This document shows, piece by piece, positions 1 through 11,913 of a stretch of 64,000 nucleotides of DNA. Source of the DNA: Eutreptiella sp. 'Long Island Sound 2002' (lineage: Eukaryota > Protista > Euglenida); NCBI GenBank assembly GCA_964036045.1, contig OZ038379.1:39494001-39558000 (forward strand), in the 5' to 3' direction. Position 1 is the stretch's first letter. Each line of letters opens with the position of its first letter. A program made the position numbers and the translations under genes. The notes under the pieces were generated by a model that was not told the DNA's origin, did not search any database, and saw only the letters and a program-made list of their open reading frames with translations.

Positions 1-309
1 TCTACGACCCTGAACGCCAGGAGCCTCCACACACGCAGCGCAGAATGCTACACGGAGACACCTCGCGTCGCGGTGTGTCAGCGCCCGAGGGGTGTTGTGA
101 CGGCCCCGGACGCAGGGTAGGTTGCCACACGGACAGTAACACGCAACCCCTCCGTGCGCAGAATCTTTTCGAGTTGTGCCGTGAGTCAGCATGAGGGAGC
201 AACAGTTGTGGGGTCTCCAGCGAGGGTGGCAGGAACAGTGGGACCGAGACTCTGAGTGGCACTGCCGTGTCTAGCGTGGATTTCCCGTCCGACCTGTTTT
301 GGTGCTAGC

Positions 310-519
310 ATGCCAACAGGAAGCTGTCATCTGGGAAGTGGAGAGGTGTACCTTGGGCAGCTGGAGGGCGACATGCTAGACTTCCAAGTGGCACTGAAGA
401 TCGAGAAGCGGTTGCTGCGCCGGTCCCACTTATAGAACGAGCTGGAAGTTTTGGAGGCCCTGCACGGCATGCCCGGTTGTCCTCGAATATTCGGGGATGG
501 CCGTGTGGGCTCAGCGTTC
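310..519 (+). pseudogene. Protein kinase N-lobe fragment, casein kinase 1/TTBK-like
   Basis: Manual translation from ATG 310: MPTGSCHLGSGEVYLGQLEGDMLDFQVALKIEKRLLRRSHL*NELEVLEALHGMPGCPRIFGDG. This gives a Gly-loop remnant, VAxK, an alphaC Glu and a CK1-like G-P-G-x-P segment. In-frame TAG at 433-435; no catalytic loop found downstream. Confidence 0.5.
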
Positions 520-1017
520 TGCGATAGTGTCAAGTGGCGCCGTGCCAAAGGCTGAAAGATGATTCACATTTTTGCTACAACAGCATTTTGCAACAATTAC
601 GTGTTTCCGTTTGAGCCTATGTTTTGATGCAAACCTAGCCACATCCGCGACCGGCAAGCAAATCAAGAAAACTTGGTTTCCCATACCAGCGGCACAAGCA
701 CGAAGAGAATTGCGGGAACACCTAGCGGGACACAATCATTACCCCAAAAGGGCCATAAGTCTGTCCCCTCAAGCTCTCAAATCCAAAGGGTCTGAACAAT
801 ACTTACTGGGCGGGACGCGTTGGGTTGGGCAGTCATAAAGGGTGAAAAACCCTATACACGGCAAAGGGTTGCATTTCCCAAGGGACCTAGAGGAGAACAA
901 ACGTCCATCATGTAAACCAAACAATCGTTTCCCATGCCGGCATTACAAACACCAAGAACATTGCTGGAACAGCCAACGGTATATATTCTCCACACCCTCA
1001 CACCCTCTTGATACTTC

Positions 1018-4000
1018 ATGCCGTCATCGGTGTACTCGTGCGTGCACGCCCATCTGCCGCAGGTGCAATGGGCTGGACGGCGATGGGCGACCCAAGCCTA
1101 CACCTTCAAGGGGAGAGACATCTCTCTCCTGTCTGGGCCCCGCACAGACGCAGCGGTGTGGTCCCTTACGGATCCGGCAAATGAGGTCTTGCATGCGCAG
1201 CTTCCGTGCCATGAGCCCGGACACTGGGCCGTGCAGCTTCAGGAGTGTCACGAGGACCATCTGCACCTTCCAAATGCGGCAGCTGGGCCCACTCAGCTGG
1301 ACCATGTGTGGCTAACGGTTCTCCAAGCAGTCTTCCAGTCCCGGATCCCCAGCCCCCTGACCCATCGTCTGCTTCACCCGGTGCGGTACAAAAAGGCCAC
1401 CAAGCGCACAAGACAATCTGCTACAGGCGATGTGTATGTCGTGGCCGGGTATAGGGACGACGACTGGAACTCGGACTGTCTAGGGACGTCCATGCCGTTC
1501 GATCCGCTGGCCGCCCTGATCTTCTTATGGGGGGATGTCTTCGACGGTCATCGGCAATAGGACGATCCGGCGTCAATCCCCCTTCTTACACCACATGCCG
1601 GGGGCGGTCTTAACCCTTTGCCCGTGTGGGTTGTACACGGGAGGTCGGCGTTTGACAGGGCATGCAAGGCGGTATGGGGAGGAGAGGAGTGGGCCATAGT
1701 CCTACTCCTGCCGTTAGGCCTTGCTCCTGATGCTGATGCGAGCTCGGTCCCGGAGCTCATCAGGTTGGACAAAGTACCGCATGATCCGCTGGTCGCTGTC
1801 ACTTCGCTGCGCGAAGGTGGGGCGGTGGAGCAGGGAACGTTGGTGGTATATCATCCGCTCCGCGCCACGGCCGTGTGGGGAGCGGAGTATACCACAGCCC
1901 TCGACACCATCAAGTCCATTTGCGGATGCGACGTACACTGGCGACCACATGGAGTATATTGTCCGAAAGCTGTTCTCTGTCCGTAGCGGACGGCTTCCAC
2001 TGCGGCGTCGCTAGGGAGAGTTGTGATGAGCCCGCATTCGGATGTGGCATGGCTGGAACCCCACAGGTACAGCTGGGTGCCGGTGGCGGCGAAGGTGAAT
2101 TCGTTTGACGCCTCTCCCCAAGAAGACGGCGTCACCAACAGGGCAGTGGCAAGCCGTGGCAACCCCACGTGGACAGGTGCCATCCGCGGTAGGGTCCCCG
2201 AGGCGGAGATCATCGGGGCGGCCGCATACCTGCTCCACACCCCTCTGTCCAGCCAAACGGCCCATGATGTTGATGCCTCCATCATAGGGGCGCACCTGCG
2301 GAGGGCTCAGGAGGCCCTGTACCGGGGCATCAAAGGACCAACCTCCAATTTCATCAACCAGCACGCGTTGAACTGGGTCGTGGAGGGGTTGCGCCGACTG
2401 CCACGCAGAGTTGGAGGACCCCATTACTGAGTGGTACGGCACAACTCGCACTTGGCAGCAGTCCCGCTGGGGGAACCGGACTTCGCTGCGGCCCACGCGA
2501 AGGCCCCGCCCGTACACCTCCTGCAACCCTCCTGGTGCTTGATGAAGGTGGGGTGCTAGAACCTCATGTGCGCTCCATGCGGACCCTCCGGCAGGCCAGG
2601 GAGGTGGTGTGGATCTCGTTAGCGGCGCGCAGCAGGGTCCACACGCCGTTGGCTGGTGCTTGTGAAGCTGTGCCTTCGGGAACGGTGCATCATGGCCCTA
2701 CGCACCGCGAGCACGGGACGGCCGCCTCCCCGCCATGCAAGTCATGCGGCCGTGGCGGCAAAAAGTCATCTGTACGGTCATTCCGGCGCCTCCTTGCATC
2801 TTCTGTGGAGGACCCGAAGAGGACACGGGCCACATGCGCATACTATGTGACAGGGTTGAAGCAGTCGCACAGCTCCTATGTGCGAACGTTGAGGAGTTCG
2901 CTGCGGACCTGCCACTCGCGGACAAAGCCATGGAGTACATGTCCGTGAAAGAGCACGGATGGAGGTGGACGGAGTCCCTAATGACAGGAGTAGTCCTAGG
3001 AGAACTCAAGCGGCTCTTCGCGGCGATGAGGGCTGCGTTGTCCCGGGGTCCGGAGAAGGCCAAGCTTTTCCTGGAAGACATTATCCAGATTTGGGAGGAT
3101 GGTTACGCCCGGAGGAATCATCGGCTCACCCAGATCGTGCAACTACCGATGCGCGATCGGAGGAAGGCTACGTATGCATTCCTGCGAGGTGATACCCCCT
3201 TCTGTCCGCCGGCTGGAAGGGTTAGGCAGTTGCCGCCGTGGAACCCTTTTGATGGCCTCCCAAGAAGCCAGTGCGGCCTTTCATATGGTGCCGCTGCACG
3301 CGTTGCTGGTGTCCAGGTCGTACATCGCACACACTGAGGCCATGTCCACATTTCTCCAGTGGATGGCGCCGGTGCCGCAGATCTTTAGCCATTGGAATGA
3401 ATCTTGGGTAGCCCTAGACTTCCCCGCATTCCGGGAGTAGTCCCGTACAATGTCCGCACAATCCTGGGCCACTATCCGTGGTACCATGGCGTGTGACCCA
3501 GATGATCGTGGCGAACCCTGGCTCCACGTGTTTGCAAGCCAACTTGCTGTCGAGAACATCATGGGCTGGCCCCGTGAAGTGCTGCCAGTCTTCCAACAAC
3601 CGTTGTGCTCCCTCCTGGTTGTGGCGGTGGCCACCGTGTTGGCCGTGGGGGCATTGTGGCTGTATGACCAGCAGCTACAGAGGGTTGTTCCGGTGGCGGA
3701 GGGGCAAAGGTCCATGGCAGTTCTGGTAGGGTCCAAGCAGCTTGCACGGATACAGGGGGACGACGCGCCGGGTCGCGTCACGGAGGTGCTGTTGTCGCTG
3801 CCAAAAGGTGATGACAACCTGGCTGTAGACGCCCGTCGCACGTATGATACCTTGGACCTTGGGCCGGGAGTTGAAGCCCAGTCCGGGGGACAACAATTGG
3901 TGGTCGCATCGGCCCGGAGCCCTGGTCAAGCCAGGGTGGACCTCATCAGGGAGATAGTGCAGAACTATGGGTGGAGTCTCGTGGCTGGGGGCAAACCGAG

Positions 4001-4289
4001 TGTCCGGGCAGTGCGGTGGCCCCGGCTACTCGAGTACCTATCGGGGAATTTGGACGGACAGCCAGTCTTTGTCCCGGCGTCCACACGGGACCAGGCGAAG
4101 CAGAGCCTACTCCGCAGTGCCGCTGCTCGTGCACTGGCAGGTGCGCTTTTCCGCCACCATGAGGCCTGCAATGATGTATGGCAGGATCTCTGGTCTCAAC
4201 GCTATGAAGGCGGCTGTGTCCCATCACGGTCGGTGTTTCCGCTACAGTGCAGCGGGTGCGGCGAAACGGCGCCGGTATGGGTGCATTAG
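1018..4289 (+). mobile_element. Degenerate 3' half of a non-LTR retrotransposon (RNase H-like and zinc-knuckle-like remnants)
   Basis: Chain of same-strand broken ORFs (1018, 1618, 2023, 2535, 2735, 3450). 2023-2430 has RNase H-like spacing (FDAS...EAE...DAS). 2735 onward has PCIFCGGPEEDTGHMRILC (Cx2C-x7-H-x4-C, zf-RVT-like). Boundaries approximate. Confidence 0.5.
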
Positions 4290-5827
4290 TGTGCCTCTAT
4301 CCCAGTTTGTGGGTCATGCCGAGAGCGCCCCGGTAGGGGGTGGCCCAAAGCCAGATGGGCGCGACGCCACTTAGGACAACTGTCGTCGGGTGCGTGGAGG
4401 GCGATTCAGCGTGACTTGCGGGGTGTCTAGGTGGATGGAGTGCGCTGCCCCAATGACTCGACTGCAGCACTGCCCCTGCTGATGTGGTGGGCTGCGCTGA
4501 ACGGAGACTCACGAGTTATGTGGGTCTGGCATCACAGAGGAATTTTGCAGCGGAGCTACTGGTTTCGGGGGTGCTGGTGCGTGGCCAGGTGCGAAGATGG
4601 GGGACGAGCCGGGTGTTGTCCATCTAGTGGACGCGAAGGCGGTGGTTGCATTTGAGAAGTGGTCTCCTACCATCCTGTGTGTGCGGCGACGGCGCACGTG
4701 ATATGACGGCCAACGCGATGTGACAGGTCATGCCGGCCTGATAGTGCACCGTAACGCCTCCGCACACGGGGTTCGAATGGTGAAGTAAGGCTACGCCCGC
4801 CTTCCCCGGGTCACCGCATAGTAAAGTGATGTGTCATGGGTCGTCCCGACCAGGGTAATAAGGCCCAAACCCCTATAGGGTATTCCCATGGCACCTGGGT
4901 CCTAATGGCGGCCCGGCTACGGCAGTCACGGGGGTTCATCCTTAGGTTACTCTGAGGCTTGAGTGAATACGTCAGTGTACCCACACCATTGGTATCAGCT
5001 GGGTAGCAGCTCGGCAGCCTGGGCGGCGCATGGAGTCACACTCGCATGAGCGGCGGCATGGGTTGTGTGGGTGTGCTACAAGTGGGTGGCGAATCGTGTG
5101 CTGGTTGAGCCGAGGAAGCATTGAGGCCATCCATGGGCCCCGGAAGAAAATCAGTGGGAGTACGGGGGAGTCCCCTGACCCCGGGACCAACTCAGGGAGG
5201 TATAGGGGCCGCCCACGGGCCCCGGAAGCAATTTGGTGGGAGTATTGGAGTGTCCTGTGACCCCTCGGGCGACTCATGGTGGTGCTGGGGGCTCCCTTTG
5301 ACACCTGGAACAACTCACAGGGAGTACTAGGGCATCCCTTGGCCCCTCGAACAAACTAGAAGGATAATGCCTGCGGGCATGTACATAGCCTAACCCTCTG
5401 ACCTCTGCACGCGAAACAAGTGGGCCACGCTAGGCTGGAGCTCCCCAGAAACCCTGGCTGCGCGTTATTGGGCTTATGCAGGTGTGCTACCGGTTGCAAG
5501 GTGCACATGGTCCGAGGGGATGAAGCGTCAATGGATGCCAGGGGTTGACGCCGTGACGGGGCCAGCTCTTGCTTGGCCGCATGCATGCTGCCTTGTTTCT
5601 TGGTTGCCGCATTGCACCCATAGGAGGCGCCCTTGCTTTCTGCTTGTCGGTATGTTGCTGCATTGCCATGACTTGCCCCTTTACCCCCGGCGGTCCAACG
5701 GGCCAGCGCTCGTCGCCGTTGCTACTGCTAACGGTCTGCATTTGCCACTGCCCCCAAAGCCTACTTGGCCGGTATCCCCGGTCTTCTGGGTCCTCCGTCA
5801 TGCTGTGGGCCACCCCAGGCAGGCCTT

Positions 5828-5842
5828 TATGACTATGACTAT

Positions 5843-5878
<36 letters not shown>
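5828..5878. repeat. (TATGAC)3 followed by (TA)n microsatellite
   Basis: Directly visible. Confidence 0.95.
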
Positions 5879-5880
<2 letters not shown>

Positions 5881-7162
5881 TCTAATATACACCCCTCTCC
5901 CATGCTGAAGTGCCCATTCGTCTCACGTGCTTCACAAGGAACGCAGGTGTGTTGCTCACCATGTCGTGTTGTGTGTGGAGAGGTGGACCCAAATCCACCA
6001 CCTTTGTCCGGCACCTCCGAAGCTATGCGGCCTAGGTGCGATCCGACGGTTCGCACCGCCCCTTAGCCCAATGCGAGGGAGGGTAGCATCGGCTTGGGTA
6101 TTCGCAGCCGTAATGCGAACCTCAGGGGGGTAGGCTCCTGAGGCGGGCAAGGGGTTAGCTTTACAACAGACACACATATATAGGGGGGGTTGCAAGGCCA
6201 ATGCGGACGTGTGACCATAGCAACTCGGCGCGGTGGCTTCGGACCACACCGCCATGAAGGTACATCACCCCTCCTCGCTTACACCCCACTTGCACAACCC
6301 TTCTCCCCTCCCAAACAAAAGATGATTTGGTTACTTGGGACACTTTCTAAGCAGTTTTTTAAAAAAAATGGCTGCAGGTAAATGGGGGGGCTTAGCACGG
6401 TACTCTTAGAAAACACAAGTGGTGTATGGCACGTGGGATTATCAGGTGAGGGGAACCTCAGGGGGGTAAGCTGATGAGGCGGGCAAGGGGTTAGCCCTGG
6501 TGGACCCACCATTGGCCCCAACCGTGCGCGGGCCGGGCTGGCCTCCGGCTCCACCAAGTGACAACCGGTATGGGGGTCTAGGTGGCTCGTTGGGCGATTC
6601 TGATGCTGGGAAACCACAAAAAGTGGGGGGTTACAGGTGGACTAGGTGCCCTCAGAATTCGGATTTGAGCCACGTAGCCCAAGATACGGCCCGTTCTTGG
6701 TTTCGGGGTGTTGGTGCACATTGCGCAGATTTTGAGGCTTTTTGGCGCCTTTTTGGGCCGTTCCTCGGACATATCGTGCATTTGAAGGGCACTAGAGGGC
6801 TCTTTGTCACGGGGAAGTCGAGCCGCACGTGTGGTGTAGCCACTGTTTCCCTTCGTTTGGCCGTTTCGCTTGGGTTCAGGGGCTAATTTGGGTGAAAAAT
6901 GGCTGTTTTTGGCCCAAATCTGCGCAGATTTGGGAGGGCCTCCCGACTTGGCGCCACCGCACCGGGCCGCCGCCGGTGAGTTTGTGGCTCAAAACTTGGA
7001 TTTGGCAAGGGCCCCACCTAGGCTCCAAGATGGCTACATGGACAAAAGATCCGAAGCGTTGGGACGGAGCAATGGCCAAAACGGCAAGGAGACGTGTTGT
7101 TGTTATTGTTGTTGTTGTTGCTTGTTGTTGTTAGCTAAATTTAAGGGGAGAGGGGTGTAGTA
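5879..7162. mobile_element. Candidate non-autonomous element bounded by (TA)n tracts, with inverted TACACCCCTCTCCC sub-termini
   Basis: TACACCCCTCTCCC at 5888-5901 and its reverse complement within 7145-7160, each next to a TA tract. The interior (about 6560-7135) matches the ~1.1-kb repeat family at 60154-63634. Confidence 0.5.
6117..6495 (+). repeat. 43-bp direct repeat pair (6117-6159 and 6453-6495)
   Basis: GAACCTCAGGGGGGTA(G/A)GCT(CC/GA)TGAGGCGGGCAAGGGGTTAGC, 40/43 identical. Confidence 0.9.
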
Positions 7163-7172
7163 ATATATATAT

Positions 7173-7771
7173 GGCACTACCCGACGCCCCCCCCCCCTCT
7201 AGGGACCCACAAGCCGGGGTTAGGGTGGAGCCAAGGACCCCCCCCCCCTATTTTGAGGTCGACAATTGCAAAAAAAGAGGTTACATTTTGATTTGAGATG
7301 GTGGCAAGTTGCTATGCCACTTCCAAGTTGCTAAAAGTAGGGTTTTCTTATTGAGCGACATCGTTCCCCAAAACAGCCCCAAATTCTAAAAATAGCACTC
7401 TCTTGCTCACAAAACCCACCAACACCCCAACCCTATGTCCTCTATCCCTTCCATTGGATCTATTCCTCCCCCTTTTGCCCCACTAGGGCCAAGGGAGGGG
7501 TTGCCTACACCCCGACGTACCATTTTTGTGGCCAACCTCGCATATTTTGGTGTTTTGACGATGTCATGGGTGACCCTATTTTTGGTGATGTCATGCCCCT
7601 TTTCCAGCCCCAGCCACACCTTTGTGAGCCCAAGTGCTCCACTAAGCATCCAAAAACCTTCTCAAAGGTGTTTATTTGTGTTCCCCACCCTTAAAATAGG
7701 GGGTGTCGTCCTTACTTGCCCCCCAATCCTTCCCAAGTCACGAGGGTGGGTGGGGGGGGGTTGTCGGGTTG

Positions 7772-7775
<4 letters not shown>
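7173..7775. mobile_element. MITE-like element (603 bp) inserted in an (AT)n tract
   Basis: TIRs GGCACTACCCGAC / GTCGGGTTGTGCC (12/13 match), plus an inner inverted AAGGAC...CCCCCTATTTT(G/A)AGG block. ATATATAT flanks both sides. Confidence 0.75.
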
Positions 7776-7829
<54 letters not shown>

Positions 7830-7841
7830 ATACATATATAT
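7776..7841. repeat. (TA)n microsatellite
   Basis: Directly visible. Confidence 0.95.
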
Positions 7842-8100
7842 CCTGGTATCTACACCCCTCTCCCCAACTTCAGGTGGCTCCACCATACGGCTCTAAGGTA
7901 CGCGTGAAGGGTACAACTTGCTGCATACATCTGGCGGAAGGGGCTAAACTGGGTTAAATTGGGCTCAAAATGCGCCAAAAACATTTGTTTGAGCATCCCA
8001 AATGGTCCATGATCAGTTTTGGAAGAATGCGATTTCGACCCATTTTTGACCCATTTTTGGTCTTGAAACGGCCCATTTTTAAGGCATTTTGGGATTTTCC
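7842..8100 (+). repeat. End of a second TA-adjacent element plus a partial copy of the ~1.1-kb repeat family
   Basis: CTACACCCCTCTCCCC at 7850-7865 is the exact reverse complement of 7145-7160. About 7945-8100 resembles GGGCTCAAAATG...GACCCATTTTTGACCCATTTTTGGTC...AAGGCATTTTGGGATTTT in the 60-63 kb units. Confidence 0.6.
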
Positions 8101-9537
8101 ATGGCCCAAAACGCGTCCGGGCCTCTCTTCATGGGATCTTAGCCCAGCAATGGTGGCAGAACCGAAAAATCGAGGTGCGGTTGCAGCGTTCCCGCTGGCT
8201 GTGTGGGTGAGATATCAATTTGGCCAACCGTTCCAGACGGTTCTCAAAGACAAGCTGCAGCTCACGGGGACATGGGTGGAAGAATTTGAGTTGTGGGCAC
8301 AAGCAGTAGGACTATCCCTGAAGCCTCAATTTTTACCGTATTTGTAGCTGGCAGTGGTGCCTATGCGGTCACACAGTTGGGTGTAGGCGTCGTGTCAAGT
8401 CTTTTCGAAGCTCCGACAAAAGGCGTCGGCGCCACCGCTCGTGGGGCCACCGGACAATATGCCGCTGTGGCACAATGTACTGTTTAGGAATTCAAAAGGC
8501 CATACATATTATTCGCCAAAATTGGTTCGAAAAGGGGTAAACAAATTGGCGGAAGTGATGGAAGCGGGGGGGGGGGGCTGAAGAGTACAATCCCTCTGCC
8601 CCCCCCCCCCCCCCACAGTTTATCAAGCGGCGATCCCGCTTGTCATGTCCTTACCCATCCTTCCTAATGCATGGGTGAAACAAGGCACAAAAATGTTGTT
8701 TGCCATGCAACCACTTGAGATGCCACAAATAAGACAAGAACCAAAGGTTTAGGAACAACTAGTGAAGCTAAAAATGCCCGGACCACAAAGGGACTTCGTG
8801 CGCAAGGCGTTGTGGAAAAAGTTGACTGTGGGAGCCAGGTCACAAAAGGCATACCATCAACCAAATTGCAATCTGTGTTCCATGCCTGCAATAATCAAAC
8901 ATGTGTTAAGTGGATGCAAGTTCTGGTTGGTGGCTTGTGATGTAGTCACCAAAACATTTGGCCCAGTGTGTGGCCCAACAGGGGTCATGTGCCCCATGAA
9001 AAGGTTACTGGTTGACCAACCACTCCTCTCCCTCCAATCAACCCAGGGATTGGCGCTGTGGGCGGCAGCAAGGGCTGGGTGGGTGCTTAAATGTGAGGTG
9101 AGATTTCGGGGTGTCGGTTCGAGTGTAAGTGATTTTGTATCGGCATGGACAACCATTGTACATACATGGGCGTCAGCTGCGCAAACATTGTTCGTCACGC
9201 AGGAGGTGAGTCATGTGTGTGACTGTCTAAATTGGTTTCAACAGGGGCACCAAATGTTTCCGATGGTGCAACCCCGAGGGGCAGTCGTGAGATGCAAATC
9301 TGCCCACGTGCCAAAGAAACAAAGGTGGGCACATATATTGCCAAAAAAATTGGCAGCCATCACCGAAAGCGTCCAGTTGGGGTGGGATGTTGCGTACATG
9401 GACCAGGGGTATGCGCCCGCCAAATCGCTGGCGGCGCTGGCGGGGAAAGTTCGTCTGGCGGTGGCGGGGAAATTTCCCATAATTCCTAAAGGCTATAGTG
9501 GGCTTGTCGAACAGCTGCTGGTGGGATGATTGGGATT

Positions 9538-9817
9538 GGTGGAATTATGGGGAATTATGGGGAATTATGGGGGATTATGGGGAATAATGGGGAATTTGGG
9601 TGGAATTATGGGGAATTTTGGGGAATTATGGGGAATTATGGGGAATTATGGGGGAATGATGGGGAATTATGGGGAATTATGGGGAATTATGGTGGAATTA
9701 TGCGGAATGGTGGTGAAATTATGGGGAATTATGGGGAATTGTGGGGAATTATGGGGGAATTATGGGGAGTTATGGTGGAATTATGGGGAATTATCGGGAA
9801 TTATGGGGAATTATGGG
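9538..9817 (+). repeat. (GGGGAATTAT)n 10-bp satellite, left arm
   Basis: Directly visible; source of the spurious GIMGNYGELW ORFs. Confidence 0.97.
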
Positions 9818-9880
9818 ATGTCATTTGTTGTGTTGCTGATCGTTGTTTTTGTCGTCGTATGGCCCCTTGCTTCCACAGAC

Positions 9881-10244
9881 ATTCCCCATAATTCCACCCA
9901 AATTCCACCATAATTCCCCATCATTCCCCATAATTCCCCATAATTCCCCATAATTCCCCAAAATTCCCCATAATTCCCCATAATTCACCCATAATTTCCC
10001 ATAATTCCCCATAATACCCCATAATTCCACCCAAATTCCACCACAATTCCCCATAATTCCCCATAATTCCACCATAATTCCCCATAATTCCCCCATAATT
10101 CCCCATAATTCCACCATAATTCCCCATAATTCCCCATAATTCCCCATAATTCCCCATAATTCCACCCAAATTCCACCATAATTCCCCATAATTCCCCATA
10201 ATTCCCCATAATTCCCCATAATTCCCCATAATTCCCATAATTCC
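9881..10244 (-). repeat. (GGGGAATTAT)n 10-bp satellite, right arm in inverted orientation
   Basis: (ATAATTCCCC)n on the + strand; separated from the left arm by about 60 bp of unique spacer. Confidence 0.97.
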
Positions 10245-11913
10245 AGTCGTCTGGCGGGGAGCCGTTGTCTGGCGCTGGCGGGCGCATACCCCTGATGGAC
10301 GGATCAGAAAAGGATGAAGGGGGGGTGAACTTTGCTGGCTATGGCGTGTGGTTCGGACCGGATGACGAGCGAAATGAGGAGACCCCCTTGGCTGTGCATG
10401 AAAAAACAAACAATCACCAGGGCAGAACTCACAGCAGCGCTGCAGCCCGTTAAAAATAAACAACCAGGAAAACCGTTGCTCATTGTCTCTGACTCGGAAT
10501 TGGTCAGTGTGGGGTTGCAATCAAAATGCAAAAAACGGGCCAGGCACAAATGGGTGGGATCACGAGGGCCGCTGGCTCACAAGGATTTGTGGACAGACCT
10601 GTGGGGACGGTGGCAATTATTAGGAGACACCCGAGGGTCCGAGGAGAAATCGTGTGGGTCCCGTCTCATGTGGGGGTGGTAGGAAATGAGGAGGTGGACT
10701 GACGGGCAGCCAAAGTAGCCAAACAGGCCTAGTGTGAAGTACAGCGGTCCAAACAGGTCACAGACATCTGGGAGGAATTGGGACTTGTTGAAATGCCAGA
10801 CACGTGGGATACTGACTCAAACCGGGCGGGGGGCTCGTGTATCACGAGCGACTTACATGAAGAATATCGTGATGTCTGGCCCAAACAACCTCGATTACGG
10901 TGAGAACCAGCCTATGAAACATTCGATAGCGCAACATGGCGAACTCAAGGCAACATTCAGCACTGGTTCGAGCTGTGACCTATGGCCTGTGACACGGGGG
11001 TCATATGGTAGTGAGTATCCGTTGCTTCATTCCCCCACCCCCCCACCTCCCTCAAAAGCTCCAAAAAGTGGGTTTCAAGTGGGGGGGGGAGGGTCTGGGG
11101 CTTCCGCACCAAAAACTCATTGGGGGATGCGTTTATTGGACAAAATAATGATTTTACAAGGGGTTGAACTAACAATTCAAACCCTTGGGGTAGGCGCGAA
11201 TAGGCCCAAACAGGCCCAAAACGGGGGGTATGTGGCGTTTGCCCCTACATACGCCTGCCTGGCTTTGATCCAACAACCTCTGCGAGGTGATTCACCCCAC
11301 TTGTGTATATTCCAAATTGTTCAGAATGAAATGGGGAAATGCCCCCAAAATGGGAATTTTTTTTGAACCAACCCCCCCCCCCCCTCCAGACCCCCCCCCA
11401 CCCACGCCGAACTGCAGACCCCCCCCCGTGGTTCATTTTGTGCCTTGTTCATACAAAGTAGTTGACGATTCACTACACATCTGCAACTCTGTCTGTTAGA
11501 GCAGGGGCATTTAGAAACTGCGGGCTGATCAGTTTTCGGTGGTTGAAGTTAAAAGCCACAGCTTTCCTTCCATACATTGATGCAGTGCACGTCAAGTGCT
11601 TCAGCCTGCCTATCTGCTTGTGTGAGTGCCTGTGTGCATGTGCTCTGGGCGAGTGTTGCATGCCTCGAGGGCGCTCGACAGAAGCTGTAGAGTTTCCACA
11701 CCCAGAGGGTTGCAACCCCAATTACTTAGACGCACACAAGTATGTCATTGAGATTGTGGTGCAGAGGGTGATACCCATCGTCTGTCTTATGTCCAAAGTG
11801 AGCCTTGTCCAATCCACACTACTCGTAGGGCGCTGAAATTACTTCGGAACCAATTTTGTGTCACCATCAGATGCCTTTTTGTTGGACCAATTGGCCGGAT
11901 GTAGGCTGTCACT

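Larger units (their letters stand above)
9404..10294. mobile_element. Non-autonomous TIR element (891 bp), 19-bp perfect TIRs, 6-bp TSD, filled with inverted 10-bp satellite arms
   Basis: TIR CAGGGGTATGCGCCCGCCA at 9404-9422 and its reverse complement at 10276-10294. TSD ATGGAC at 9398-9403 and 10295-10300. Confidence 0.92.
9371..10715 (+). pseudogene. RNase H1-type domain split at its first catalytic Asp by a TIR element
   Basis: Removing 9404-10300 gives LGWDVAYMDGSEKDEGGVNFAGYGVWFGPDDERNEETP. With frameshifts it continues QTITRAELTAAL...LIVSDSELV...LAHKDLW...IVWVPSHVGVVGNEEVD, i.e. the D-E-D-D RNase H motifs. Confidence 0.85.
8130..10730 (+). mobile_element. L1/Tx1-like LINE 3' fragment: post-RT region, zf-RVT, then C-terminal RNase H
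   Basis: PLWHNVLFRNSKGHTYYSPKLVRKGV (about 8460-8540). ORF 8762-9529 has RDFVRKALWKKLTVG...CNLCSMPAIIKHVLSGC (zf-RVT-like). RNase H follows, interrupted by the 9404-10294 element. Confidence 0.75.

Noticed and set aside
5846-7841. YIYIYI-containing ORFs
   Set aside because: They are read-through of (TA)n microsatellites.
9526-10520. ORFs of repeated GIMGNYGELW, and GTYGDLW ORFs at 13704-14153
   Set aside because: These are translations of 10-bp satellites, not proteins.
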